DNA of 64,000 bases from an uncultured delta proteobacterium (GCA_963803975.1 CAWDOY010000001.1:64001-128000), one strand, 5' to 3'. Shown: positions 9,016 to 21,411, counted from the stretch's first letter. Program-made: numbers and translations. Notes: generated by a model from the sequence alone, not told the origin.

Positions 9016-10179
9016 ATGCACCGCCTCAACATCCTCTTCATCTGCTGCCTGGTCATCTTCACCGACATGGTGGGCTACAGCATCATCACCCCGAGCATCC
9101 CGCTCTTTGCCAAACTCTTTAAAGCCTCTGACACGGCCATAAGCTTTGCCTTTGCCGCGTACCCGATCGCGTTTCTCATCTTCATCCTGCCGTTCGGCTT
9201 TCTGGTTGACCGGGTGGGAAGAAACCACCTCATCATCGGCCTCGGCATGTTCAGTCTTGCTGCTGCCTGCTTAAGCCTGGTGTTCGCGGAATCGATCGCG
9301 GTCTTCTCCATCGGCCGCGCTTTCCAGGGCATCGGCTCCGCAGCCTCATGGGTGGCGGCACAGCCCCTGGCCGCGCAGCAGATCGACTCCTCGAAAAAGA
9401 AGGGGCTTGAGATAAGCTCCATCACCATTGCCTATGGTCTCGGCATGATTCTCGGGCCGCTCTTGGGAAGCATCGGCGGCCTGCGCACGCCCTTTTATAT
9501 TAATTTCTTTTTAGCTGCAGGGGTCGGTCTTGTGGCCCTCATATGGCTGAAAGGCGCGGAGCTCTCCGCGCGCATGATGGAGTATGATTATCTCTCCATT
9601 ATCAGGCGGCCGGGCATTATTGTCGCCTGTCTCACCATCATGTTTCTTTACGCAAGTCTCGGCATGATGGAGGTGCTCTTTCCCCTTTACATGGATTCTC
9701 TAACGTATTCCAAGGCGAGCATCGGCATGCTGTTTCTCATTCTCTCTGTCTTTCTCGTTATCGGCCAGCCAGGCACCGGCTACTGGATGGAGCGCAGCGG
9801 CCCCTACGCGCTTATTCTGACCGGGTTCTTCGCTCTTGCCTGCTCCCTTTCCCTGATGATAGTGTGTACGAGCTTTCGCGGCTGGGTTCCGGTCTTCATG
9901 GTATTCGGCGTCTTCATCGGCGCGCTCACCTCAGCCTCCATGCTCCTAATAGCTCAGAACAGCAGGCCCGGCGAGCAGGGCGCTGCCTACGGTATATGGA
10001 ACTTTTCCTTTTCCGTCGGATATCTCTGGGGCCCGGCCCTCGGGGGGGTGCTATCTGATTTTTCCCATAGCGCTATGCCATCCATGGGGTTTAAGACACC
10101 TTTTTTCTTCTTTTCCTTCCTTATTATTTGCTGCGCTGTTTTATTCAAACTGCTGGTTCGTAAGCCAAAAAAGGGATGA
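9016..10179 (+). CDS. MFS transporter (DHA1-like)
   Basis: About 12 hydrophobic helices, motif A GFLVDRVGR, GRAFQGIG, GPLLG/GPALGG. Confidence 0.9.
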   Translation: MHRLNILFICCLVIFTDMVGYSIITPSIPLFAKLFKASDTAISFAFAAYPIAFLIFILPFGFLVDRVGRNHLIIGLGMFSLAAACLSLVFAESIAVFSIGRAFQGIGSAASWVAAQPLAAQQIDSSKKKGLEISSITIAYGLGMILGPLLGSIGGLRTPFYINFFLAAGVGLVALIWLKGAELSARMMEYDYLSIIRRPGIIVACLTIMFLYASLGMMEVLFPLYMDSLTYSKASIGMLFLILSVFLVIGQPGTGYWMERSGPYALILTGFFALACSLSLMIVCTSFRGWVPVFMVFGVFIGALTSASMLLIAQNSRPGEQGAAYGIWNFSFSVGYLWGPALGGVLSDFSHSAMPSMGFKTPFFFFSFLIICCAVLFKLLVRKPKKG

Positions 10180-10511
10180 GCCTTTTATACACTACCCGCG
10201 ATGAGCAAAAGGTATTAGAAGTACGCTCATTTTATGCTTGACAAGGAAACAAGGGTTATGTCATTTTCAAAAGAAATTACTCGACCATAAAGAATAATTA
10301 TTAGATTTTAAAAGTGCAGGGAGAAGCAAAGAAAAATTGCTGGATAGCTGCATAACAGTGTGATATAGAAGCCTCATTATTCGCGTCATTCTATTTAAAT
10401 ATTAATAGACTTCTCTTATCCACGGTGGTCCCCGCCACAATTAATTATATTATCCTTTCGGGCTTTTGGAATTTAGATCCAGGAACGGATTAACAGTTTA
10501 GGAGGTCCCTT

Positions 10512-11940
10512 ATGATTAAAGAGTTGAAAGAGATAGTGGGGGCGAAAAATGTTCTGGACGATAAAGAGACCCTGGCGCTCTACGCCGCAGACCAGAGCCT
10601 CAGCTCCCCCAAAGAACCAGCTGTCGTTGTCAGGCCTAAAGACACTGCCGAGGTGCAGGAAGTCATTAAGTTTGCCAATAAAACCCTCACCCCGGTGGTG
10701 CCGGTAAGTTCAGGAATACATTTCTGGGGCGCCACGCTGCCGGAGCAGGGCGGTATCATCCTTGATCTCAGCCGCATGAACAAGATCCTTGAGATCGATG
10801 CGCAGAACCGGAAAGTAAAAATTCAGCCGGGTGTAACCTGGCCGCAGCTCATGGAAGCTTTAAAGGAGCATGACCAGATTCCGCTGAATCCTCTTTTCCC
10901 CCATCCCAAAACATCGGCTCTTACCAGTTCACTTGAGCGTGAGCCCATGCTTATCCCGAAATATGAATACGGCGACCCGGTGCTGACCATGGAAGTGGTG
11001 CTGCCCACGGGTGATATTTTTAAGACCGGGACTGCCTCAGCCGCAAACACCCAGGAAGGCTATCCCGGAAGGCCCGGGCATTGACTTTTACCGCTTCTTT
11101 CTGGGCGCCCAGGGAACCATGGGCATTGTTACCTGGCTGAATATTAAGACCGAATACCGGCCCAAACAGCAGAAAGCATACTTTGTCGCCTTTAACGAGC
11201 TGCAGGATGTGGCAGAGCCCATTTACCAGATACAGCGAAAACTGCTGGGCAATGAATGTTTTGTTCTGAGCAGGTATCTGCTGGCGCTGCTGCTCTGCGA
11301 AGGCGAGCAGAAGGAATTCGCAAAGCTTATGACGGAGCTGCCCCCGTACACGCTGGTGCTGGTGATCGCCGGTGCCCCGCGCCGCCCCCTTGAGAGAATT
11401 GCCTATGAGGAAGCGGCGCTGATGGAAATTGCCGGCCAGCTCAATTTTGAACCGAAAAAGACCGTTGCCGGTATTGCCGGGCTTGAAGCAGCGATCCTTG
11501 AGAAGCTTCGCAACATACCCGCAAACGGCGACTACTGGAAGACGAGCTTCAAGAATTCTACGCAGGACATTTTCTTTATTACTACCATGGATCGTGCCGC
11601 GGACTTTGCTGACCTGGCCCTCACCCATGCAGCCTGCTACGGTTTTAACATCAATGAGGTAGGGATATACCTGCAGCCGTTAGAGCGTGGCCGCGCCTGC
11701 CATCTCTGTTTCTCGCTGCCGTGTGACCTGGGGAGCGAGGCGGAAAAAGAAAAGGTAACAAGCCTCTGCCTTGAGCTGAGCGAGCAGCTCATCCTTGAGG
11801 GGGCGTTCTTCACCCGTCCCTACGGCCCCTGGGCAGACATGGTGTATAGAAGGACCACCACCTACACCAGCACCCTGAAGGAGCTGAAAAAGATTTTTGA
11901 TCCGAACCATATTCTGAACCCCGGAAAACTATGTCATTAA
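10512..11940 (+). CDS. FAD-binding oxidoreductase (GlcD/VAO-type), frameshifted near 11064
   Basis: PAVVVRP, GGIILDLSRMNKI, GAQGTMGIVT, C-terminal KKIFDPNHILNPGK; removing one C from TATCCCGG joins the two ORFs. Confidence 0.88.
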
Positions 11941-11955
11941 GCATTTATATAATAG

Positions 11956-13263
11956 ATGGAGGATTACATGGCTAAGGTTAAGGAAATGCTACTCCCGAAA
12001 GATCCACGCTATCTCAAATACCCGCTCGAAGGCCCGTTTGACCAGGAAAAAGCCTACTGGACAGCCTTTAACTGCTCCCGCTGCTCAGTCTGCAAGTGGG
12101 TTGATTCATGGCGGGTGAAGAGCGCCAAGTACGCGCGCATCTGCCCGCAGCATACCCGGTATCTCTTTGATTCCCATTCCGGCCAGGGCAAATGCGACCT
12201 GGCGCGGGCCATCATCGAAGGCAAAATGAAGTGGGAGGATGACCCCGAGATCAAGAACATTCTGTTCCAGTGCACCATGTGCGGCGGCTGCGATGCCATG
12301 GACAAGGGCATCAGGGACGGGGAACTCATCAAGCTCTACCGCTGGATGAGATCCGAGTATATTAAAAAATTCGGGCCGCTGCCCGAGCATAAGGCCATGA
12401 TCGACAGCGTCAAGCAGTATGACAATGTCTGGCTTCAGCCGCGCGCCAAGAGAAATGCCTGGGCCAAAGATTTGCAGAACCTCGGCATCAAGGACCTGAA
12501 TAAGGAAAAAGCGCAGGTTCTGTTCTTTGTCGGCTGCACCTACGGTCTTTCCCAGGAACTGAAACCGACGATCTTAAATATTGCAAAGATATTAAAGCAG
12601 AACAAGGTTGACTTCGGCATTCTCGGAGACAAAGAGCTGTGCTGCGGCAGCCCTCCGGAAAAGACCGGCATGCTGGAAGAGTTTGAACGGCTCGGTGTTG
12701 CCAATATTAAACGCTTTAACGAGCTGGGAATAAAGACCCTCGTTACTCCCTGTGCGGGCTGTTACGGCACCATCCGGGTCGAGTACGATGAGCTTCCGGT
12801 GAAGAAGAAATTCGAGGTGCTCCATGTTGCAGAGTATCTTGACCGGCTGGTTCAGGACAAGAAGATAAAATACAAAAAGGAAGTACCCCTCACGGTTACC
12901 TGGCATGACCCCTGCCACATGGGACGGCTGGGGCGGCCCTATGTGCCGGGCAAAGATCTGGACGGCGTCTATGATGAGCCGCGCGCAATCCTCAAATCCA
13001 TCCCCGGCGTAGAGCTCGCGGAGATGGAGCGCATCAAGGAATACGCCTGGTGCTGCGGCGGCGGCGGCGGGGCATTCACCGGTTTCAAGGATTTTGCCCA
13101 GTGGACGGCACGCGAGCGGCTCACCGAGGCAAAGGATACCGGTGCCCGGGCCATTGTAACCAGCTGCCCCTGGTGCGAGAGCAACCTGCGCGCGGGCGGT
13201 ATTGGTATGGATGAAAAAATGGAAGTCAAGAACCTGTTTGACCTGATGATGGAAGCTCTTTAA
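11956..13263 (+). CDS. Fe-S oxidoreductase with two CCG domains (GlcF/HdrD-like)
   Basis: CSRCSVC, CTMCGGC, ELCCG, TPCAGC, WHDPCHMGR, WCCGGGG, TSCPWC; start may be 11968. Confidence 0.92.
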   Translation: MEDYMAKVKEMLLPKDPRYLKYPLEGPFDQEKAYWTAFNCSRCSVCKWVDSWRVKSAKYARICPQHTRYLFDSHSGQGKCDLARAIIEGKMKWEDDPEIKNILFQCTMCGGCDAMDKGIRDGELIKLYRWMRSEYIKKFGPLPEHKAMIDSVKQYDNVWLQPRAKRNAWAKDLQNLGIKDLNKEKAQVLFFVGCTYGLSQELKPTILNIAKILKQNKVDFGILGDKELCCGSPPEKTGMLEEFERLGVANIKRFNELGIKTLVTPCAGCYGTIRVEYDELPVKKKFEVLHVAEYLDRLVQDKKIKYKKEVPLTVTWHDPCHMGRLGRPYVPGKDLDGVYDEPRAILKSIPGVELAEMERIKEYAWCCGGGGGAFTGFKDFAQWTARERLTEAKDTGARAIVTSCPWCESNLRAGGIGMDEKMEVKNLFDLMMEAL

Positions 13264-13323
13264 GAGGAGAGATTTTAAAAGGGACTGTGTTAGTTTTATT
13301 TTGCTTTTTAATGGTCCGGTAAT

Positions 13324-13491
13324 TTAAATAATACAGTAAACCTCTTCATGTTCGCCGATATCTACAAGTTGAAATGGATTTTTGGTGAATTTCTTTATCG
13401 CGTCCCAAAAGCGCCCTTTGATCTCGTCGTTACGCACTATCTTCTTTCTGTAGATACGTTTAAACCCCTGGTCCCATACTATGTTAATCAT
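13324..13491 (-). pseudogene. Internally deleted RelE/YafQ-family toxin remnant
   Basis: N-terminus (WDQGFKRIYRK..F.KNPF) fused directly to C-terminus (LVDIGEHEEVY) with the central part missing; antitoxin-like tail YEDLEND* overlaps the start. Confidence 0.6.
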
Positions 13492-13731
13492 TTTCCAAAT
13501 CCTCATACATAGAAAGCCTTCAGGTTACCCTCAATAAGCTTGTTTAATCATGCAGTGCGCATACGGATCTCCTTATCTGATATTTCAACTTTTCTTATTT
13601 TCTTGCAGCATGATAGTTTAGTCAAGAAAAGGTTCAAGCTTAATCTTTGCCTTGCAATTTTTGAAGCCCCTTTCCCAGGTGCTCCTGCACGGCGCGGGCG
13701 AAGGCCCCTCTGTATGCCTTGCGCGGCACTG

Positions 13732-15367
13732 CTAAAGCTGTGCGCCGCAGGTCCATGTTTCCGTGAGCCCGCGGTCTTTATGCCGCAGGAAGGCCCGCAT
13801 CTCCACCAGCGGCCTTCTGTCAGGCGGGGTTTTATCAACAAGGGTCGGGTCGCTTTCAGGCTTCACGGTGAACACCAGGCGCCAGCCGTTGGTAACACTA
13901 TTTTTATATACCTGCTGCTCCAGAAGCCGTCCGCCGGAGCCAACGCTCACAATGCCTTCCACCGGGTCTCCCGCCTTCAGCTTTTCAAGCTCGCTGCCTT
14001 CAAAATCGACAATGAATTTTTTAATATCCGGCTGCTTCGGCGTTTCAGTCCTTGTTGCGACAACGCGTCCCGCGGGCGGGCGGGACTGATCCGGATAATG
14101 CCAGCTTAAGGTGTAGGCGAATGATAGCGGCTGCCCGACAGGTGCTGCTGCCGGCCGCCAGAAGGCAACGATGTTATCATGGATTTCATCATCAGTGGGA
14201 ATCTGCACCAGCTCAACCCAGCCCTTGCCCCACTTGCCTTTCGGGGTACACCAGAGGCTCGGGCGATAGTCATACCGTGCCTCCAGGTCCTGATAGTGAT
14301 CAAAATTCAGATCACGCTGGACAAGGCCAAAGCCTGCAGGGCTGTCTGCCTGAAACGCGTTGACCCAGAGCCCCTTGGGGTTGAACAGCGGCCGCCAGAG
14401 CCATTCGCCGTTTTCCATGTGAATCATGAGGCCGTCTGAGTCGTGTATTTCAGGCCGGAACCAGTCTTTGGGCCGGATATTACTATTTTCACCGTAAAAG
14501 AACATGCTGGTCATGGGAGCAATGCCCAGCTTGTCAGCGCCCTTGCGCAGGAAGATGGTGCACTGCGTATCCATCAGGGTTTCTTTGCCCGGCGTGATCA
14601 CAAATGAGTATGCCCCTGCTACCCGCGGGCTGTCAAGCAGGGCGATAGACGGTTATCGTGGTATCACCGGGCTCGGGGCGCTTCACCCAGAATTCGCGGA
14701 ACCAGGGAAACTCCTCACCCGATGGCTGCGCCGTGTCAACCGCGAGGCCGCGCGCTGAAAGGCCGTAGTGCATTGATTTGGCCACAGCCCTGAAGTAGCT
14801 TGCCCCGAGAAAAACCGCCACCTCATCCTTATAGGTTTCATTATTCAAGTTGTAATGAATTCTGAAGCCTGCAAATCCAAGGTCCTGGGGAATTTTTGCC
14901 TTAAGCTCCTGCGCGCTTTTTTCATAGACAAAAAGGTCAGTGGAAAAACTGATGGGGACCGGCCCTGCAGGCAGTATCTCATTTACTTTTACTGTGCGGT
15001 CAAAATAGAGGCCGGCATGGAAGAACTGGAGCTCAAACGGCAGGTTTTCTTTCCGCCAGTGAGACTTGTCGGGGATGAAGCGGATATCGCGCATCTGATC
15101 ATAGGTGATGTCAAGAAGCCATTGCGGCATCTTGCCCCGCGGGTCCTCATACGCCGCGGAAGAAAGCCTTTGGGCCTTCTCGACAACATCGTTAAAGCCG
15201 TACTCCGGCTTCGGCGACTGCTGCGTCTTTTTTGTCTGTTTTTCTTTTGCCCGGGCATGGATGTCCGGCGAGAAAGAAAAAAATATAAAACCAAGAATCG
15301 CGAAGAACAAAACAGTTTTTGATACACGCAGAGCTGTCGTTGATAGCGTTGTGTTGTTCATGGGCAT
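13732..15367 (-). CDS. opgG: Periplasmic glucan biosynthesis protein G/D (OpgG/MdoG), frameshifted near 14645
   Basis: YDQMRDIRF, FLGASYFRA, YGLSARGLA, GEEFP.FREFW, RPEIHDSDGL, EIHDNIVAFW; one extra C breaks VYALLDSP. Confidence 0.9.
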
Positions 15368-15508
15368 TTTCAATATCCTTTCCGTCTCCTGGTGAAGAAA
15401 CAAGAATAGCTTTTCATTATGCCGGCTATGAGCTTTCCTGCCGCAGTTATTGCTGCTCACAGCAGCATATATACTATACTAACTGTTTTTGCTGAGTCAA
15501 ATATGATT

Positions 15509-18500
15509 TTACTGTTTATCTCTCAGGGAAGACGCGTCGCTGGCACTGTCGCGTATAATTTTCCCGTCTTGCTGCGCTGCTGTATATTCCCTGCCCTTAT
15601 AAACCAGGCGCTTCACCGTGAGCGTTCCCTTTCGGCAGAAAAAGCGTATCCGGGATGACAAGGCTGCCGTTTTGCATGGTAAGACCAAGGATTTTGTATG
15701 CGGTAAAAAGCATGCGGGCTGCCGCACCGGTGTACCAGCTCCATCCCCCGCGGCCGGCGTAGCCGTAGCCATAGTAAACATCCGCCGGCTGCTGATGCGG
15801 CGGCAGGCCATAGCGGTCAATCCTCTCAGGAGTGATATCATCAAGCGGCGAAATCTTTATCCACACCTTCAATGCCCTTGCCAGATACTGCCCGGCGCGA
15901 TTTTCGTCGCCCGCAGAACGGGAAAGCTCTGAAAGTTTCACCAGGGCGTCCACAAGCCATGATGCCCCGTGTGAATACTGGCCGCCGTTTTCCCGGACCC
16001 CCGGCGGATAGTCGGAAAGCTTACCGGGATTCGGGCGAGAGCTCTCAGTGAAAGCAGGGGAGAGCAGCAGCACCAGGTTTTCCTGCTCAAGGTCCTTCAG
16101 CCCCTGCTCCACGGCGCAGGCTCCCCGGTCAAAATCAGCGGCACCCGAAATCACGGGCCAGGATGCGTTCAGGGCATCGTTTAAAACCATTTCCTCGCCG
16201 CTGTCGGTGATTGCGCGCACGTAACGCTGCTCATCACGCCACATGGCAGCGAGTGCTTTGCGCAGCTCTGCCGCCCGGTCAAGGTAGAATGTTTTCTTTT
16301 CATCGCCTTCCTTGAGCCCTGCGATGTTTGCAAAATGCGTGAGAATATCGTAGAGAAAAAACCCCAGCCAGGTGCTCTCGCCGCGGCCCCGGAAGCCCAC
16401 CAGGCTCAGGCCGTCATTCCAGTCCCCGGTGCCGATGAGCGGCAGGCCGTGTTCTCCAAGCCGCTGCAGTGTTAAATCCAGGGCTCTGACGCAGTGCCAA
16501 TAGAGCGGTTCGCGGTCACGTGACAGCCGGGGGGCAAACATCACGCCTTCCCGGTCGCGCGGAATGCGCCTTCCTTCCAGATAGGTAAGCTCTTCATCAA
16601 GTATGGTCAGATCTCCGGTTGCCTCCACGTACTGGTACACCAGATAGGCCAGCCACAGATGAGGGTCAGACGCGCGGTTGCGCGCGCCCAGACCGGTCCG
16701 GTCTTCCCAGCTCTGGTGCCACCACTGCATGACATCGCCGGCAAAGAACTGCTGCCCGGCATGAAGAAGTATCTGACTGCGCGCCATCTCAGGGTGCAGG
16801 TAGAGAAACGGCAGCAGGTCCTGCAGCTGGTCGCGATACCCATACCCTCCGCTTCTCTGGTTGGGGCCGGTTCTGCCCCACAAATGGGCGGCAAGCACCT
16901 GGTAGGGAAGCCAGTCATTCACCATGCGGTCAAAGCCCGGATCGCTGGTTTCAATTCTCATCACGGACAGGGTTTCCGCCCACCAGCGCTCTGTTTTTTT
17001 CAGAGCCGCATTGGCCGCTGATTTGTCCAGAAGACCACGGATAATTGTGCGTGCCTGATCCGCATCCCCGGCCTGACCCACAACCATGACCATGTTCTCC
17101 TCAGCCCCCGCGGGAATAGTAAGGGTTCCGCAGAAGCCAGCTATTCGATAGCCGTCATCCAACACATCCGCGCATGGTATGCCGTGCTCGACCATAAAAG
17201 GATTGGTAAGATCTCGCCCATTGCCGCCCACAAATCGGGAGCGTACTGTTTCATAGGCCAAAACCTTCAGGCTTGTTGCCACAAACGCCGTGCCCCGGTA
17301 AAAATCGTTTTGGGGGTTTGAGAAGAACAAAGCCCGGGTGCTCTCATCATATTCGGCGCTGATTTTCCCGCGCGTGTCAGATGGAATTTCCCCGAGCATA
17401 ATCTGCAGGTAGGGCACCACCCGGTACGTCATGGTCCGGGAAGATTTATTTTTTATTTTCAGCCGCCGTACTTCCGCCGGTTCGTGCGGCGGCACAAAGA
17501 GCGTGTATTCCAGGTCAACGTCAGGGGTCTCTTTCCGGTAAACAGCATACCCGCGGCCGAAGGTGATGTCGCAGGGTTCATCGGTTCTGCGAAACGGCAA
17601 AAAGGTCGGACTGTCAAGAGCGCCTGTTTCCATGTTGTAAAGATAGAGCGCCTGACCGGGGACCTGCACCGGGGCATTGTTCAGCGAAAACGGCGTAACG
17701 CCGTTCTGCTGAGAGTTGCCCATGAAGGAATAGATCTCACCCTCATTGTTGAGCACCACGCCATACTCACGCTCATTGGCAATAACATGGGTCCATGGCC
17801 GGGGCGTGTCCCAGTCCATGGAAAGCTCGGTGCCGTCAGGAGAAAAAGAGAAAAGCGTTTTTTTGCTGCCGGGTTTTGTCCCGGCCTCTTCTGCTTCATC
17901 TGTCGGAGCGCCGAAGCCGTGCAGTATCCGGCGCTTGTCAAAGGAGGCCTGCAGCGCCTTCTGCGAGCTGACCGGGAGCTTCAGATATTTTTTAATCAGC
18001 TGCTGTGCCTGCTCCATGCTGGCTGCATAGCCGTCGGCAAACACAACCTCCGTGGAGCCGTGCGGGGCAAGTCCACAGTGCAGCCGCAGGCTGGCTGCAG
18101 GGTCAAAGGTGTACAGGAGCCCCTCATCAGAGAGTCTCCGCGGTCTTTCCTGCAGGCCCGCAGGCATGCGCAGGCTGCCGTGGCCGATGAAGAACAGCCG
18201 CGAATCTTCATAGCCGGCGAGCAGAATATTGCCGCCCGGGTTCTCCCCCACCGCGTGAAAAGCGACCTCGGGTGATACTTTTCTTTGTATTGGATCAAAA
18301 TTTGAATCTTTCAGGAGACGGTTTCGGGCTATGATGGCATTAAGGCCCGGAATAAACCATGTGCCGATATGGATATTATTGAAGTCAGGATGCCGCAGAT
18401 ACGCGTCTGAGACATTCAGCGCAAACTCCCGGTAGCTGGTCAGCTCTATGGTGCGGGCCCGGCTTTCAAGGTTGGTGAGCTTCAGGGTCCACAGCTCAAC

Positions 18501-21137
18501 CGTGTCCTGGCAGTCAATGCGCACAATTGCTTCCGCCCTGATTCCGTTCCAGGTATTCACCATGCGCAGCGAAGACCGGTCAAGCTGGGTAACGCAGTAG
18601 TCCTCTCCCACCCGGCGCATGGGCTGGCAGGTAAGAGACCATAGCCGTGCAGGCGCATCAGGAGGCATATCCAGGTCTTTAAGATAGAAAAATTTGCCGC
18701 GCAGCTGCAACGGGTCATGGAGCCTGCGGGTAAGATCAATTTCATTGCCCGGGCGCACTGAGCTGAACACCCTGCTCCAGCCCCGCCCGTCAGCTGCAAG
18801 CGTCAGGGTATAGAAGCCGTTGTGTATGACAAAGGTTGTGCCGTCAAGACCCGGATTGGCTGTTTCCTGTCTCCGTGAGGCTGCCTGCTGCGGATGCGCA
18901 CCGCGCGAAGGCCGGTCTTTATTCAGCTGCCGCGCAAGCAACACAACCCCGACGAATAATGAAATTGTCAAGAATACTCCCGGGAGGAGTGCCTGCGGGA
19001 ATAGTGCCAGCGGATGAGCTTTGGCTATGGCCTCAGCACCATCCCAGGCAACATTCCAGTCACTGCCGCGGGGAATGTAAAACGGGATTAACAGCGGCGC
19101 CCACGTGGCAAACCGCCGCAGGCCCGATGGTATCACGCGCGTCCTCATTGCATGGCCGAGAAAACGCGCCGTCTTTTCATCGACCACATCCATGCCGACA
19201 AACGACAAATTCACCAGCGTTGCCACGCGCAGGCCCATGTGATCTATAAAGATGGCAATGCGCACCCAGTCGTAGGCCAGAAGATTGGTGAAGGTCTGCA
19301 GGCTCCAGGCACGGAACGCCGCGGGCGAGGAGGTGAGGCTTTTCATTGTCGCGACAGCAGTGCGCAGCGCGCCGTCCTGATTGTACCATGACGGATCAGG
19401 CGACATGCGCAGGAAGGAATAGATGATCGGCGCCATCCACAGGCCCCAGCGCTGCACGCGGAAAGCCTGCTCGACCATTGCCACGATACCCTGCCGGGTA
19501 AAAAGGTTTTTCAGCGGCGCCGTGCTTCTCTGGACCAGCGCGGTCAGCGCCACCAGGTTGATGCTGAACAGGGGCGCCGCGATCGACCAGTTGATGACGC
19601 CGGAGAGCGATTCGTTGAAGAAAAGGCGCACGCCGCCGGTCACCGCGCCGAGGTTCATCGCGCCCCACTTGCTGAACAGCGGGTAGATCACATAGTCCTC
19701 GACTTTAATCCCTGCGGAAGCATAAAAGAGGGTTGCGTAGTTTTTAAATTTTGCCGCCACCACCGCCGCCTGCATGGTGTCAAAGTACCAGCAGAGCGCC
19801 CCGCCCGCAAGGCCGCCCATAATCGCCTCGGTGATGTAGATTCTCGGGGCCTGCACGCGCAGCCGATTCCCAAGGAGCGTGACGTTCAGCACATCACGCA
19901 GCAGGTTGACGGCAGCGTAGGCCGCGGCACCAGCCGCGATTCCATAGAGGAAGCGGGCTGCAGGGGCTGCGGCGGGCAGACCCTCGCGCACGGCAAAGGC
20001 AACTACCGCACCGACAACACCGCCGCGCAGGCAGTGATCCCAGCGGGAATAGTTGCTTCTGAGGCGCATGACAAACGGCAGGCTGCCTTCAAAGCTTTCA
20101 ATAATATTTTTAATGAACGGGAAGATGATGACGCCGGCTATGCCGGCACAGCTAACAGGATAAGCTGTGAGCAGGGTCCGGACGCCCGGAACTGAGAGCG
20201 CTCCGGCAGCCGCGTGGATCAAGCCCATAAACACCGCGCTGTACACAGCGCCCTGGGTGAAGCCGCTTTTATAATGTCCCGGCCCCCAGTACCAGGCGGG
20301 GTGCTTAGAGTGCAGGGAATCCATAATAAGCCCGGTGAGCAGAAACGTCTGCCCCCACAGGCCTGCCTGCGAAACAGTCGCCGCGGCAATGGCTGCAAGC
20401 GCGCCGACGACAGGCGGAAGAGCTGCTACCCCGGCCCCTGAGCCGAGGCCCGCGATCGCGGGAGTGGCGGATGAGAACAGGGCACTCGCGAGAAGAAGCG
20501 CGTGCATCCGCGCATCCGTAAGGAGCCTTCCCGCGAGCAGCAGGGTCAGGCCGTTAGCGACCGCTTCATTGATAACGATAAGAACAGCCGCTTTCCCCAT
20601 CCACTGCAGCACATCAGGGGTAAGCTTTGCGTTGAAGGCAAAAAACCGCCCGATGCTTTCAAGCATTATTGGTGACTGCAGCACGAGCAGGCAGTTGAAA
20701 AGCAACGGCACTGCCAGGGTAAAGCTGCCGGCAACAGGAGAAACATGGCGGCCTTTGGAGGAAGCACAGTAGGCAATGATTAAAAGATAGCTGATACATG
20801 CTGCTGCCGCGGCTGGGCTGGTTATGGAAAACAGCTCATGCCAGGCAACAGGCGCCTGCCATATCTTCAAATCTGGGGCGGCAGCGGCTGCCAGCGCGCC
20901 GGCTATAAGAGCATCCTGCAGGGCTTCAGGCATGGTAAGGTGGCAGCGCGTAAAGCCGTATGTTATTATCTCGGCAGCAAGCATGCCCAGCAGGGCAGCA
21001 ACAATAATAGTCGGCGCAGTTCCCCCCTGCTGCACAGCAATGGCAGCGGCAGCAATCGCGCAAGCGCCTGCCACATATAATAATGTCTGAGCCAGTAATC
21101 CTTTATTGTTTTCCAGTATACTGTCTGCCTGCTGCAT
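15509..21137 (-). CDS. Polytopic membrane domain fused to a GH94 glycoside phosphorylase (Cgs/NdvB C-terminal-like); frameshift near 15627
   Basis: About 740 hydrophobic N-terminal residues, two GH94 beta-sandwich regions, SGGYGYRDQLQD, IGTGDWNDG, YPPGVRENGGQYSH, GRGGWSWYTGAA. Confidence 0.88.
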
Positions 21138-21411
21138 ATTGGTCCACGTCCTGGCTGAATACCTTGTTTGAATAACCCCTGTCTTACTGCATTATAGTTA
21201 TAGTATTGTTATCGGTAGTATTGTTATCGGCGAATGCGGCCAAGTGTCAAGTTAAAAAAGATATAACGGCATGTTAGTCTGTTGAAACGCATAAATACCA
21301 TTAAGCAAGCATCAATGCAGCATGTTGCATGAGATGGCTTTTTTTGTTTGGGAGGAAAATTGTATGGAAACCGTCAGAGATTTTAAACAGTTTAAAAAAG
21401 ACAGCAATAAT

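Noticed and set aside
11040..11090. Programmed ribosomal frameshift in the FAD oxidoreductase (and in opgG and the radical SAM gene)
   Set aside because: No slippery heptamer or downstream structure; single extra bases recur in unrelated genes, which fits sequencing error better
17484..18275. Long antisense ORFs (this 263-aa one and others such as 39554-40273)
   Set aside because: They lie fully opposite well-supported genes and are shadow frames of codon bias
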